IMG/VR virus record: IMGVR_UViG_3300027659_000022
Coordinates: 1 to 64,000 of that record
From: a virus
Direction: 5' to 3' (one strand)
Length of the DNA: 64,000 nt
The translations under genes and the position numbers were made by a program. Positions 49,244 to 58,405 of this stretch are shown in pieces. How positions within the stretch are numbered: position 1 is the first letter of the stretch; every line of letters begins with the position of its first letter. The notes below the pieces were generated by a model. That model did no database searches, was not told the DNA's origin, and was given only the letters and a program-made list of their open reading frames with translations.

Positions 49244-50347
49244 ATGGCAAACTATTTTACAAGATTTCTCACTGGTGTCGGCGAAGGTTTATTAACTCCT
49301 AAAGGTCAGAGCGCAAACTGGCGCCATGCCACCAAGTTGTTCATAGATGGCAACATGCGGCTGGCTCCTCGCACCAAGTTCAACTACTATGTGAGATTTG
49401 ATCTAGACAAAAGTGTGGTGCGTGTTCCTGCATTTACACAAAAACATCATGAAGAAATTGGCCTGCTAGTCAAAACAGTAGAACTACCTAAGTATAATTT
49501 TGATAGTGTGGTAAAAAATCAGTATAATAGAAAAAAATTAGTCTATAAGAATTTCAATTACGACCCTGTGTCCATAACCATGCACGATGATGCTACGGGA
49601 GTTATCAATGCGATGTGGGCTGTATATTATGGATATTATATTGCTGATAGACAATTGCCAGAATCGGCCTATTCTGAAACCAAATATCGTGCGGCTGATA
49701 CTCCTAAAGACAATTTCCGATACGGTATGGACAACGATGTCACTGCTGGATTTTTTAAATCAGTTAGCATTTATACCATGGCACGCAGAAGATTTTTAGG
49801 ATACACTTTGATTAATCCAAGAATCAAATCATGGAATCACGGTAACATGGATTATGCAGCTAGTGAATTTGCAGAAAGTACCATGACTTTGGAATATGAA
49901 TCAGTTAAATATTCAGCGGGACAGGTATCATTTAATAATCCCAAAGGATTCGCTACACTTCACTATGATTCTATGCCAAGCCCTATATCAGTGGCAGGTG
50001 GCGGCGTTGCTACACTAACCGGCGAAGGCGGTGTCCTAGACGGGCTAGAGCAGATATTCGGAAATATCGGCTCCGGTGCTGCGTTCGACAGCAAAGGAGG
50101 GTTTCTCAGCACTGCCATTGCATCAATAAACACCTACAAGAATTTTAAATCTCTAACACCGGCACAGTTGAAATCAGAAGCCATCAATATACTCAGCGAT
50201 CCAGGAAATATCTCATCAGCTATATCTACAGTAGGTGGAGTTATAGGTGCGGCATTTCCAAAGAGTGCGACACCGACGCCATCTACCACAGCTACTCAAC
50301 GACCGTTGGTAGGAGACTTCCCCCCAGCACCAGGAAATCAAGCATAA
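49244..50347 (+). CDS. tube-fold baseplate/tube initiator (gp48/gp54-like)
   Basis: Tube-like motifs K.VELP, NQYNRK, Y.PV.IT.HDD, L.NP.I, MTL.YE. Confidence 0.65.
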   Translation: MANYFTRFLTGVGEGLLTPKGQSANWRHATKLFIDGNMRLAPRTKFNYYVRFDLDKSVVRVPAFTQKHHEEIGLLVKTVELPKYNFDSVVKNQYNRKKLVYKNFNYDPVSITMHDDATGVINAMWAVYYGYYIADRQLPESAYSETKYRAADTPKDNFRYGMDNDVTAGFFKSVSIYTMARRRFLGYTLINPRIKSWNHGNMDYAASEFAESTMTLEYESVKYSAGQVSFNNPKGFATLHYDSMPSPISVAGGGVATLTGEGGVLDGLEQIFGNIGSGAAFDSKGGFLSTAIASINTYKNFKSLTPAQLKSEAINILSDPGNISSAISTVGGVIGAAFPKSATPTPSTTATQRPLVGDFPPAPGNQA

Positions 50348-50348
50348 C

Positions 50349-50714
50349 ATGGCTACCAATCTACCCTCATTTGAAATCCAAGACAGTGCCGCAGGTACCA
50401 AGCTGTATTTTGACACCTACGGTGAAGCTGCGCTGGAGTTCGCAGCCAACGACGTCACAGCCGCTGTGAGCTTTTTCACTGCCGCAGGTTTTGACTCAGA
50501 TGCAGCTGCCACTGTGGCTATGACACTGCTGCGCCAGGCTAAGATTGATGCTACTCCTATCTCACAGATCTTAGATACGCTTACCGGGACGAACAAAAAC
50601 AAACTCAGCCAATTAGTTGGAGAGATACTGAACAATAATCGTGTGCCAACCAGCCTTCTGGGGTTTAGAACCGCAGATGTCAAACCTGCCCAGATCAGAA
50701 ACATAGCTGCATAA
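50349..50714 (+). CDS. hypothetical protein
   Basis: Tightly packed between neighbouring genes. Confidence 0.6.
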   Translation: MATNLPSFEIQDSAAGTKLYFDTYGEAALEFAANDVTAAVSFFTAAGFDSDAAATVAMTLLRQAKIDATPISQILDTLTGTNKNKLSQLVGEILNNNRVPTSLLGFRTADVKPAQIRNIAA

Positions 50715-51154
50715 TGGGCAAATTCGCACAGGGTAGATTTGAAATGAAAAATCCTGCCAAGTACGTAGGATTAAAAACTCCGTTGGCTCGCAGCTCATGG
50801 GAATTCGTGTTCATGCGGATGTTGGATGAACACCCAGGCGTACAGAATTGGGCCTCAGAAAGCATCAAGATACCCTATAGAGATCCCCTGACTGGTCGCA
50901 GTACCATATATGTGCCAGATTTTTTTATCGTGTATCAAGATAAGAATGGTGCTAAACACGCAGAAGTTGTAGAAGTTAAACCTTCTAATCACACATTTAG
51001 AGAAGCTGTGGGCAGAAGCCAATATAATCAACAGCAGTATGTGAAAAACATGGCCAAATGGGAAGCTGCTAACGCTTGGTGCAAACAGCAGAACATAAAA
51101 TTTAGGGTGATAAACGAAACAGACATTTTCCATCAAGGCACAAAACGAAGATAA
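50714..51154 (+). CDS. gp4: head completion nuclease (T4 gp4/TnsA-like)
   Basis: KY.G, RSSWE, W.SE...IPY, Y.PDF, EVKP, KW.AA..W, F.VINE. Confidence 0.88.
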   Translation: MGKFAQGRFEMKNPAKYVGLKTPLARSSWEFVFMRMLDEHPGVQNWASESIKIPYRDPLTGRSTIYVPDFFIVYQDKNGAKHAEVVEVKPSNHTFREAVGRSQYNQQQYVKNMAKWEAANAWCKQQNIKFRVINETDIFHQGTKRR

Positions 51155-51161
51155 GTATGAT

Positions 51162-51638
51162 ATGACCAAAAGACTTGAAGAATTGTTAAATCTAGAAACC
51201 ACAGAACACACGGCAGCAACGCCAGTTGAAGCACCTACACATGAACAGGTACAGAGCCTGGATGACAGCTATCGCAGAGTGGCCGAAATCACTAGAGGAC
51301 TGCCGCAGATCAAAGAGCTCGATGAGTTAGATGATAGAGAACTAGACGAGCTGGCTAAAAAAGCAGAAGCTGCATATGATGATCTAATGGATCTTGGTAT
51401 GAACGTAGAAGTTAGATATGCAGGGCGTATCTTTGAAGTAGCTGCTAGCATGATGGGCAACGCTATCACTGCTAAAACCAATAAGATAGATAAAAAACTC
51501 AAGAGCGTAGATCTACAACTAAAGAAGCTGAAAATAGACAATGACGCAGGTAATGAACAAGACGGTGTCATCAACGGTGCTGCCTATGTGATCACAGACC
51601 GCAACGAGCTGCTGAAAAAATTAAGCGGAAAAGCATAA
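51162..51638 (+). CDS. gp16: terminase small subunit (T4 gp16-like)
   Basis: Helical protein with R.FEVA and C-terminal DRNELLK motifs; TAAGTA-N4-ATG. Confidence 0.65.
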   Translation: MTKRLEELLNLETTEHTAATPVEAPTHEQVQSLDDSYRRVAEITRGLPQIKELDELDDRELDELAKKAEAAYDDLMDLGMNVEVRYAGRIFEVAASMMGNAITAKTNKIDKKLKSVDLQLKKLKIDNDAGNEQDGVINGAAYVITDRNELLKKLSGKA

Positions 51639-51641
51639 ATA
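51636..51641 (+). promoter_or_regulatory. late promoter TAAATA-N5-ATG
   Basis: TAAATA CAAGT ATG(51647). Confidence 0.7.
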
Positions 51642-51646
51642 CAAGT

Positions 51647-52213
51647 ATGAAAACTTTTAAAGAATATCTCACTGAAAACAAAAAAATCTACAGCTTCAAG
51701 GTCAAAGTTGCTGGCGACATTCCTGAGAATTTTCAGGAAAGTCTCAAGACCAAACTAGAACGCTGCAAGGTCGTGACCTTTGAAAAGATGAGCACAACAC
51801 CTATACAGAAGTTTCCGCTGGATTTTCCAAACAAAAGCAACATGGAAGTCACTGTGTTTGAAGTTGTTACAGAATATCCGGTAACTCCTCCAGAAATTGC
51901 TGTTATGATCAAGGGCTCCGGAATCACTGAAGACTGTTTTCGTGTACGCGGCAGCGGCGAACCTACAGAAATGGATCAGCTGCTCATGGACAATGAGCCC
52001 ACAGGTGATGCACTGTTAGATGAACAGGACATGGACAAAAGCACAGGAAAAATCAAACACAAAGATTATTTCGGAGATGATTTCAACAAGAGTTTCTTAA
52101 AAGATTTAACTAAAGCTGCCAAAGATCGCAAGAAGGATGGCATCAACGTGGAATACAAACTGCCTAAGGGCAAACAAGACAAAGCAGGTGCTAAAAGCGC
52201 CCTAGGGAGTTAA
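51647..52213 (+). CDS. hypothetical, probable internal head protein
   Basis: N-terminus MKTFKEYLTE resembles T4 internal-protein capsid-targeting sequences. Confidence 0.55.
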   Translation: MKTFKEYLTENKKIYSFKVKVAGDIPENFQESLKTKLERCKVVTFEKMSTTPIQKFPLDFPNKSNMEVTVFEVVTEYPVTPPEIAVMIKGSGITEDCFRVRGSGEPTEMDQLLMDNEPTGDALLDEQDMDKSTGKIKHKDYFGDDFNKSFLKDLTKAAKDRKKDGINVEYKLPKGKQDKAGAKSALGS

Positions 52214-52216
52214 TAC

Positions 52217-52972
52217 ATGGATTTCAATCAATTAATGGCACGCATGCGTGAACTGGATCAACCCACAAATGAGGGAGGTTGCGGCATGGATTCGCCAATG
52301 GCACCGCCTATGTCTCCGCCCATGAGCATGACTCCGCCAAAACCAGACACACCACCACCTACAATGAGCATCAATCTAAATGCCCAAGGCATGGACAACA
52401 TCGAGTCATTGATGAAATTAGTGACGAAAGTGAATCCAAGCATGGATAAACCGATGATGCCACCGAGTATCAGTATTGAGCCTATGGACAAACCAGCAGG
52501 CATGCCTCCAATGGGCGGTCTTGGAGACCTAGACCGAGGTCCTTTAAAAATGCTGCCAGATCTAGACGCAGACAACGATGATATGCCAGGCGGTGAAATG
52601 GACAGTGACTATGATGACAGCGGAGATCTAGATGCACATGAAAAAGATCACGCTGATGAAAAACCATTGATCAAAACTCTAGACCGTGATGACGACGGCG
52701 ATCATGACATGGACGATCATGACGCAGAGAAAAAAGAAAAAGATGAAGCGTTCGGCAACAGTGTAGACGATTCCGAACCCGGCTACAAGACTATCGCCGA
52801 TGTGATGAACAAAGGCAACGATCTAAACAGACCAAAGAAAAGCTTCAGCGGCAAACCATATCGCGGTGACAATCCTATGGCAGCTGGAGCATATGAAAGC
52901 AAAGAACAACTACGTGCCGGCATACGTGCAGAACTCATGCAACGTTTGGCAGAAGCTAAAGGAGCGAAATAA
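52217..52972 (+). CDS. low-complexity Met/Pro/Asp-rich hypothetical protein
   Basis: GGAG SD; PPM repeats and DxDxDG-like loops. Confidence 0.6.
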   Translation: MDFNQLMARMRELDQPTNEGGCGMDSPMAPPMSPPMSMTPPKPDTPPPTMSINLNAQGMDNIESLMKLVTKVNPSMDKPMMPPSISIEPMDKPAGMPPMGGLGDLDRGPLKMLPDLDADNDDMPGGEMDSDYDDSGDLDAHEKDHADEKPLIKTLDRDDDGDHDMDDHDAEKKEKDEAFGNSVDDSEPGYKTIADVMNKGNDLNRPKKSFSGKPYRGDNPMAAGAYESKEQLRAGIRAELMQRLAEAKGAK

Positions 52973-53673
52973 TGGCATCAGGATTCCAACAAAACACAGA
53001 TCAACTTACACCGGGGTTATATCGTGTGGTAATTGATCTCACAGGTTATTCAACCACAGCAGCTAATGAAGATGCAGGTGGCGTTGAAACCAGAGACAAC
53101 AGTGCGTTCGCCACACAGGTCACTACCACAGCAATTGGCCGACGCAGAGCCAGAGGCAATCTACGCTGGCAAGGAATTTTAGAAAATCTAGGCCGAGGTG
53201 GCGATTTTAGGATCTTAGACATAGAAGAACTAGAAGCTACAGGTCCAAGCGTGTTAGACAATGCAGACGACACCACTACTACACTTACCTTTACCGTGCA
53301 GTATGACAGAGATGCCTTTGTGTTGGGCAACGTACAAAACTTCCTGATCGCCGAAGGCAGAGTTAGCGGTGGTGTGGCTAAGAATTCAGATCACGAAACA
53401 CTGGCCTCAGCAACTACCTGTTCAACTACTGCATTAGCCATAGAGGAGCTTGTGGTAAGAGGCATTACCAAAGGCTATCAGGACTACGTGACCGATGTCA
53501 GCACAGCAGTGACCAGCACGGATATATTCAAAAGAAGTTATCGTGTATTTGATGGCACTAATGCCATTGAGAATCAAGAAGTTCTCACGGTGAAAGCACC
53601 AATCACACCAAAAGCAGCTCACACAGATGTCACTGTTACTAATATTGACGGTACCACTCTGCCAACTACATAA
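52972..53673 (+). CDS. hypothetical virion protein
   Basis: GGAG SD, TAATG overlap, followed by a terminator. Confidence 0.6.
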   Translation: MASGFQQNTDQLTPGLYRVVIDLTGYSTTAANEDAGGVETRDNSAFATQVTTTAIGRRRARGNLRWQGILENLGRGGDFRILDIEELEATGPSVLDNADDTTTTLTFTVQYDRDAFVLGNVQNFLIAEGRVSGGVAKNSDHETLASATTCSTTALAIEELVVRGITKGYQDYVTDVSTAVTSTDIFKRSYRVFDGTNAIENQEVLTVKAPITPKAAHTDVTVTNIDGTTLPTT

Positions 53674-53688
53674 ATCCAGCACACACCC

Positions 53689-53716
53689 AAATAGGCTCTA
53701 CGGAGCCTATTTTTTT
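53689..53716 (+). terminator. Rho-independent terminator
   Basis: AATAGGCTC-TACG-GAGCCTATT plus T-run (UNCG loop). Confidence 0.88.
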
Positions 53717-53719
53717 CAG

Positions 53720-53725
53720 TAAATA
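53720..53725 (+). promoter_or_regulatory. late promoter TAAATA-N5-ATG
   Basis: TAAATA AACAT ATG(53731); no SD. Confidence 0.7.
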
Positions 53726-53730
53726 AACAT

Positions 53731-55317
53731 ATGGGAAAATCACTAGACGGCGTACTGATTAAAAAGGCTCATGCTCAGACCAAATACACAATGGATGAGG
53801 TCAAGCATCTTGAAGCCTGCTTGGATCCTGTCACAGGACCTTTGTATTTCTGCACTAACTTTTTAAAGATACAGCATCCAACTCGTGGCGCTATCAATTT
53901 TGAACCCTACGAATATCAAGAAAGATTGATAAAAAGCATACACACTAATAGGCAGTGTATAGCCATGCTGCCTCGCCAGATGGGCAAGACCACCTGTGCT
54001 ACTGGTTATCTGCTTTGGTACACCATGTTCATACCTGACTGTCAGGTGTTGATAGCTGCCCACAAGTATGAAGGTGCCAAAGACATCATGGACAGATATA
54101 GATTTGGTTATGAAAATCTTCCAGACTTTATTCGTGCAGGAGTTTATTCATACAACAGAAACACCATTGAATATGACAACGGTGCTAGGATACAGGCCAC
54201 AACTACAACAGAAAACACTGGTCGTGGTAAATCTCTTTCATTGATCTACTGCGATGAGTTTGCGTTTGTGCAGCCGCCAGAAAAAGCCAAAGAGTTTTGG
54301 ACAGCTTTGAGTCCCACACTAGCCACTGGTGGTAAGTGTATAATCACATCCACACCAAACTCAGACGAAGATCAGTTTGCGTTGATATGGGCCGAGGCCA
54401 ACAAGCGTTTTGACGAATTTGGCAACGAAGCCGAAGTAGGACAGAACGGATTTGCTTCATACACAGCTCATTGGTCAGAGCATCCAGATCGAGATGACGC
54501 ATGGGCCAACGTGGAAAGATCTAAAATTGGTGAAGAACGTTTTCGTCGTGAGTTTGAATGTGAATTCTTGATCTTTGATGAAACGCTGATCAACTCTGTG
54601 AAACTGGTCGAGTTAGCAGGCTCAGATCCCACAATGACCATGGGACAAACACGCTGGTACAAAGACATAGATCCCAAGGCCACCTATCTAGTGGCTCTAG
54701 ATCCCAGCCTAGGCACAGGCGGAGACTATGGTGCCATACAGGTCTATGAAATGCCTACAATGACCCAGGTAGCAGAATGGCATCACAACCAAACTCCAGT
54801 GCAGCAGCAGGTCAAACACATGCGAGAAATACTGAGATACATACACGATCGTGGAGAAGAACAGGGCGGTGTACCACAGATCTATTATTCAGTGGAAAAC
54901 AACAGCCTCGGTGAAGCTGCGCTGATAGTGATCAACGACATAGGCGAAGAAAACTTCTACGGCCTGTTTCTCTCAGAACCCATACGCAAAGGACACATAC
55001 GCAAGTTCCGAAAAGGATTCAACACCACGCACCGTTCAAAGATCACTGCCTGCAGCCAACTGAAAAATCTCATTGAAACTAATAAAATGAGCCTTAAATC
55101 AAAACCCTTGATTTCAGAACTCAAGACTTTTGTAGCCACTGGATTGGGTTTCAAGGCCAAAAGCGGTGAGCATGACGACCTAGTATCCAGCACACTGTTA
55201 ATCATACGTATGGCCGATGTACTGGCCGATTGGGATCCGCAGATCTACGATAAAATGACTGAAAAAGTCTCCGAAGAATCTATGCCTATGCCGATCTTTG
55301 TTAGCATGGGCCTTTGA
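53731..55317 (+). CDS. gp17: terminase large subunit (T4 gp17-like)
   Basis: YEYQ, Walker A PRQMGKT, Walker B IYCDEFAF, ITSTPN, F.REFEC.F, nuclease DPS.G.GGDY and HDDLV. Confidence 0.96.
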   Translation: MGKSLDGVLIKKAHAQTKYTMDEVKHLEACLDPVTGPLYFCTNFLKIQHPTRGAINFEPYEYQERLIKSIHTNRQCIAMLPRQMGKTTCATGYLLWYTMFIPDCQVLIAAHKYEGAKDIMDRYRFGYENLPDFIRAGVYSYNRNTIEYDNGARIQATTTTENTGRGKSLSLIYCDEFAFVQPPEKAKEFWTALSPTLATGGKCIITSTPNSDEDQFALIWAEANKRFDEFGNEAEVGQNGFASYTAHWSEHPDRDDAWANVERSKIGEERFRREFECEFLIFDETLINSVKLVELAGSDPTMTMGQTRWYKDIDPKATYLVALDPSLGTGGDYGAIQVYEMPTMTQVAEWHHNQTPVQQQVKHMREILRYIHDRGEEQGGVPQIYYSVENNSLGEAALIVINDIGEENFYGLFLSEPIRKGHIRKFRKGFNTTHRSKITACSQLKNLIETNKMSLKSKPLISELKTFVATGLGFKAKSGEHDDLVSSTLLIIRMADVLADWDPQIYDKMTEKVSEESMPMPIFVSMGL

Positions 55318-55323
55318 TAAATA
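55318..55323 (+). promoter_or_regulatory. late promoter TAAATA-N5-ATG
   Basis: TAAATA TACTT ATG(55329). Confidence 0.7.
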
Positions 55324-55328
55324 TACTT

Positions 55329-57197
55329 ATGGACGCAAGAAATAACATAGCAACAGATTTATTCTACAAGGTACGTAGTCGGTTTTCTGGCCTTAAATTA
55401 GGTGCGGAAACCGGGGAAATAACCATCAATCCTGAAGAAGCTCGATTCTTTGATTTTGACTACATGGAAGGAAAGACTCCCATAGGACATGTCAGTATCA
55501 GTCTTGCAGAACCCAACTCGATGAAGGTATATTTCAGTCATGGTATTTCTGAAGGCATGGATGAAAAACAAAAGGTCAATTGGTACGGTTTCCTCAAAGA
55601 GCTGCGCCAATTCGCTAAACGTAGACTACTGAGTTTCGACACCAGAGACATAGCCAAAGACAATCTAGATCGCAGGGACTACGAATTTCTAGTGCAAAAC
55701 TCACAGCCCAAGCAGACCAAGCAGGACACTATACAAAAACCAGTCGGAGAAAGTATGATGGCAGAAAGCAATATGTATGGTAGTAGAACCATGAGCTACC
55801 AAAAATTAATGGACACTAGATTGATTATCAAACACAACCAAGCGGTCATGGATGAGAATCAGCCAGGTGCAAGAACACGCCACATAGGTGCGTTGTTCGT
55901 GGAAAACCAAGACGGTGAAAGATTCAAATATCCTTTCATCCATCTAGCAGGTGCTAGAGCCATGCAGAGACATGTGGCCAACGGTGGCGTTCCCTATGAT
56001 GATCTAGGCAAGAGCATAATTGGCATGAGCGAAGAAATCGCACAGTTAAAGAGTTTTGGTAATTATGTTGTACGTAACGATCTTATGAACTCAGATACAA
56101 ATTCAGTAGTAGAAAGATCAACCACTTACCTAAATCAATTGCGCGAGCAGATCAAGGCACTGAGCAAACAGAGCCATTACGAAGCATACAAAGAAAACTT
56201 TCAGGCCTATGACAGTGAAGAAATTCCACAGGACGTGGTAGAAGATTTCAAAGAAAAATTCACTGTAAAATCATTCAAAGAAGATATCGCATCAGTGTTT
56301 CCTGTGTTGTACAGACTGATGAAAGAAGGAAACACCATAGGCTACGACGACATAGTCGCAATGACACAGGAAGAAATAGCCAACGAAGATCTAGAAGTCA
56401 GTGAAGACGCCTATGATCCATTTGATCAATTTGAATCATGGGTGATGGCACTGGGTGAAGAATCCGCTATCACCTCAGAAGATCCAGAAGCACAGGCCAC
56501 TGCCGTCCAGAGCCTACAAGAACTAGTAGGACAGCATTTCCCCGCAGGCGTAGATGGCACTAATGCCATAGAAAGCCTCAAAGGCATCATAGAAGATCCA
56601 GAACTATACAAACGCATCAAAGCACAGGCCGCCGAAGACGCAGACTCATGCGTGAGACCATTGGTCAAAGAATGGTTAGAATTAAATGCTCCAGAAACTC
56701 TAGAGCAATTAGATTTTGGTGATATGGTCGATGAGCCGGAAGCAGCCCAAGGAGGTGACCAAACTGCCCCGGAAGGAGAACCAGTAGCAGTTGATCCAGC
56801 CGCAGCCGAAGTTCCTGTGCAACAACCAGTTCCGCAGGAAGCTATAGATCCTGACAATCCCAGAGATTATGAGAGACCTGCGATTGATAGAAAGAAATCT
56901 GGTCAAGCACCATTAACAATGAAAGACGTCAAAGACAAAGATGAAAAATCAGAACGTGATCGCAAAGAACGCTCAGGCATAAAAGTTGAAGAACTAGCAG
57001 AATTTATTACATCATTCTATGACAGGCAGTCAGGTACGTTCCCTAAAGGACCTGAAGGTGTAGTGATAATGGTAGGCAAAAAGTTTGGCGAACAGGCAGA
57101 ACAAGTTGCTCGAAAGTTTGTAGAGCGCATGGCCCCACAACAGCAAGATCCACAGATTTCAGAATTGGCTCGTATCAGAGAACTAGCAGGCTATTAA
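55329..57197 (+). CDS. large hypothetical protein, possibly head-associated
   Basis: Start re-called to ATG 55329; acidic C-terminal half ending RIRELAGY, similar to the scaffold end IRRLAGLKV. Confidence 0.65.
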   Translation: MDARNNIATDLFYKVRSRFSGLKLGAETGEITINPEEARFFDFDYMEGKTPIGHVSISLAEPNSMKVYFSHGISEGMDEKQKVNWYGFLKELRQFAKRRLLSFDTRDIAKDNLDRRDYEFLVQNSQPKQTKQDTIQKPVGESMMAESNMYGSRTMSYQKLMDTRLIIKHNQAVMDENQPGARTRHIGALFVENQDGERFKYPFIHLAGARAMQRHVANGGVPYDDLGKSIIGMSEEIAQLKSFGNYVVRNDLMNSDTNSVVERSTTYLNQLREQIKALSKQSHYEAYKENFQAYDSEEIPQDVVEDFKEKFTVKSFKEDIASVFPVLYRLMKEGNTIGYDDIVAMTQEEIANEDLEVSEDAYDPFDQFESWVMALGEESAITSEDPEAQATAVQSLQELVGQHFPAGVDGTNAIESLKGIIEDPELYKRIKAQAAEDADSCVRPLVKEWLELNAPETLEQLDFGDMVDEPEAAQGGDQTAPEGEPVAVDPAAAEVPVQQPVPQEAIDPDNPRDYERPAIDRKKSGQAPLTMKDVKDKDEKSERDRKERSGIKVEELAEFITSFYDRQSGTFPKGPEGVVIMVGKKFGEQAEQVARKFVERMAPQQQDPQISELARIRELAGY

Positions 57198-57218
57198 AAG
57201 TTTCGTCGCAGTTAGATC

Positions 57219-57242
57219 GGGCACTTCGGTGCCCTTTCTTTT
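57219..57242 (+). terminator. Rho-independent terminator
   Basis: GGGCAC-TTCG-GTGCCC-TTTCTTTT. Confidence 0.88.
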
Positions 57243-57275
57243 GGCAAAACAAAATCAAAAAAACGCAGATAATCA

Positions 57276-57304
57276 TTGACCTTGATAAATAAAAAGCGCA
57301 TAAT
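57276..57304 (+). promoter_or_regulatory. sigma70-like promoter with nested TAAATA upstream of ssb
   Basis: TTGACC-N17-CATAAT; TAAATA at 57286-91 inside the spacer. Confidence 0.6.
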
Positions 57305-57360
57305 AAAACATGTGCATAAGGCATATAAACATTTTAGGCATAACATAGGAGGCATTTAAA

Positions 57361-58338
57361 ATGGCATCACTCGCAGAAATCCGTGCTAAACTTCAAGAAG
57401 CACAATCAAAGTCCACAGGACAATCCACCGGCGGTGGAGACAACGCAATTTACCCACACTGGAACATGCAAGAAGGCAAGGAAGCGGTTATCCGTTTGCT
57501 ACCTGATGGCAATCCCAACAACACATTTTTCTGGGTAGAACGTGCGATGATCAAACTGCCATTCGCTGGCATCAAAGGTGAGACTGATAGTCGTCCAGTT
57601 CAAGTGCAGGTTCCATGCGTGGAAATGTACAACGACGGCACAGCTTGTCCGATCCTCGCAGAAGTGCGTGGTTGGTTCAAAGACAAAAGTCTTGAAGAAA
57701 TGGGTCGTAAGTATTGGAAAAAGCGTTCATACATTTTCCAAGGCTTTGTAGTTGAAGATCCAATTGGTGAAGACAAGACGCCAGAAAATCCTATCCGTAG
57801 ATTTATCATTGGTCCTCAGATCTATAATATCATCCGCTCGGCATTGATGGATCCAGAACTAGATGAACTGCCAACAGACTTCCTGAAAGGTCTAGACTTC
57901 CGTATCGCTAAAACATCCAAAGGCGGATTCGCTGACTACTCAACATCTAAGTGGAGCCGCAGAGAACGTGCTTTGAGCGATGTTGAAAAAGCAGCCATTG
58001 ACACTCACGGACTGTTTGATCTCAGCGGGTTCCTTCCTAAGAAGCCTACAGATGTTGAGCTTAAAGTGATGAAAGAAATGTTTGAAGCGTCAGTGGATGG
58101 CGAAGCATATGACATGGATCGCTGGGGACAGTATTTCAAACCAGCAGGTATGGGACAGGCCACTGGTGATCCTAACAAAGCATCTGCTCGTGCAGCCCCA
58201 GTTGATGAAGATGCAGATGACACACCCGCTCCTGTAGTCAAACCTGTAAGTGCTCCTGCAGCACCAGCGGCTGCCGCTGAAGGTGCTAGTCGTGCGCAAG
58301 ATATCCTTGCAATGATTCGCAATCGTCAAAAGCAGTAA
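57361..58338 (+). CDS. gp32: single-stranded DNA-binding protein (T4 gp32-like)
   Basis: AVIRLLP, C...CP, KYWKKRSY, G.DF.I.K...G.ADYS.S.W; GGAGG SD. Confidence 0.9.
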   Translation: MASLAEIRAKLQEAQSKSTGQSTGGGDNAIYPHWNMQEGKEAVIRLLPDGNPNNTFFWVERAMIKLPFAGIKGETDSRPVQVQVPCVEMYNDGTACPILAEVRGWFKDKSLEEMGRKYWKKRSYIFQGFVVEDPIGEDKTPENPIRRFIIGPQIYNIIRSALMDPELDELPTDFLKGLDFRIAKTSKGGFADYSTSKWSRRERALSDVEKAAIDTHGLFDLSGFLPKKPTDVELKVMKEMFEASVDGEAYDMDRWGQYFKPAGMGQATGDPNKASARAAPVDEDADDTPAPVVKPVSAPAAPAAAAEGASRAQDILAMIRNRQKQ

Positions 58339-58345
58339 TTAACAC

Positions 58346-58383
58346 GGCTCGGGCCAATGAGACGTAGTTCTTATGCCCGAGTT
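58346..58383 (+). promoter_or_regulatory. intergenic hairpin between ssb and uvsX
   Basis: GGCTCGGGC/GCCCGAGTT outer stem and ATGAGA/TCTTAT inner stem. Confidence 0.55.
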
Positions 58384-58405
58384 CTTCTCATCACAGGATA
58401 ATAAT

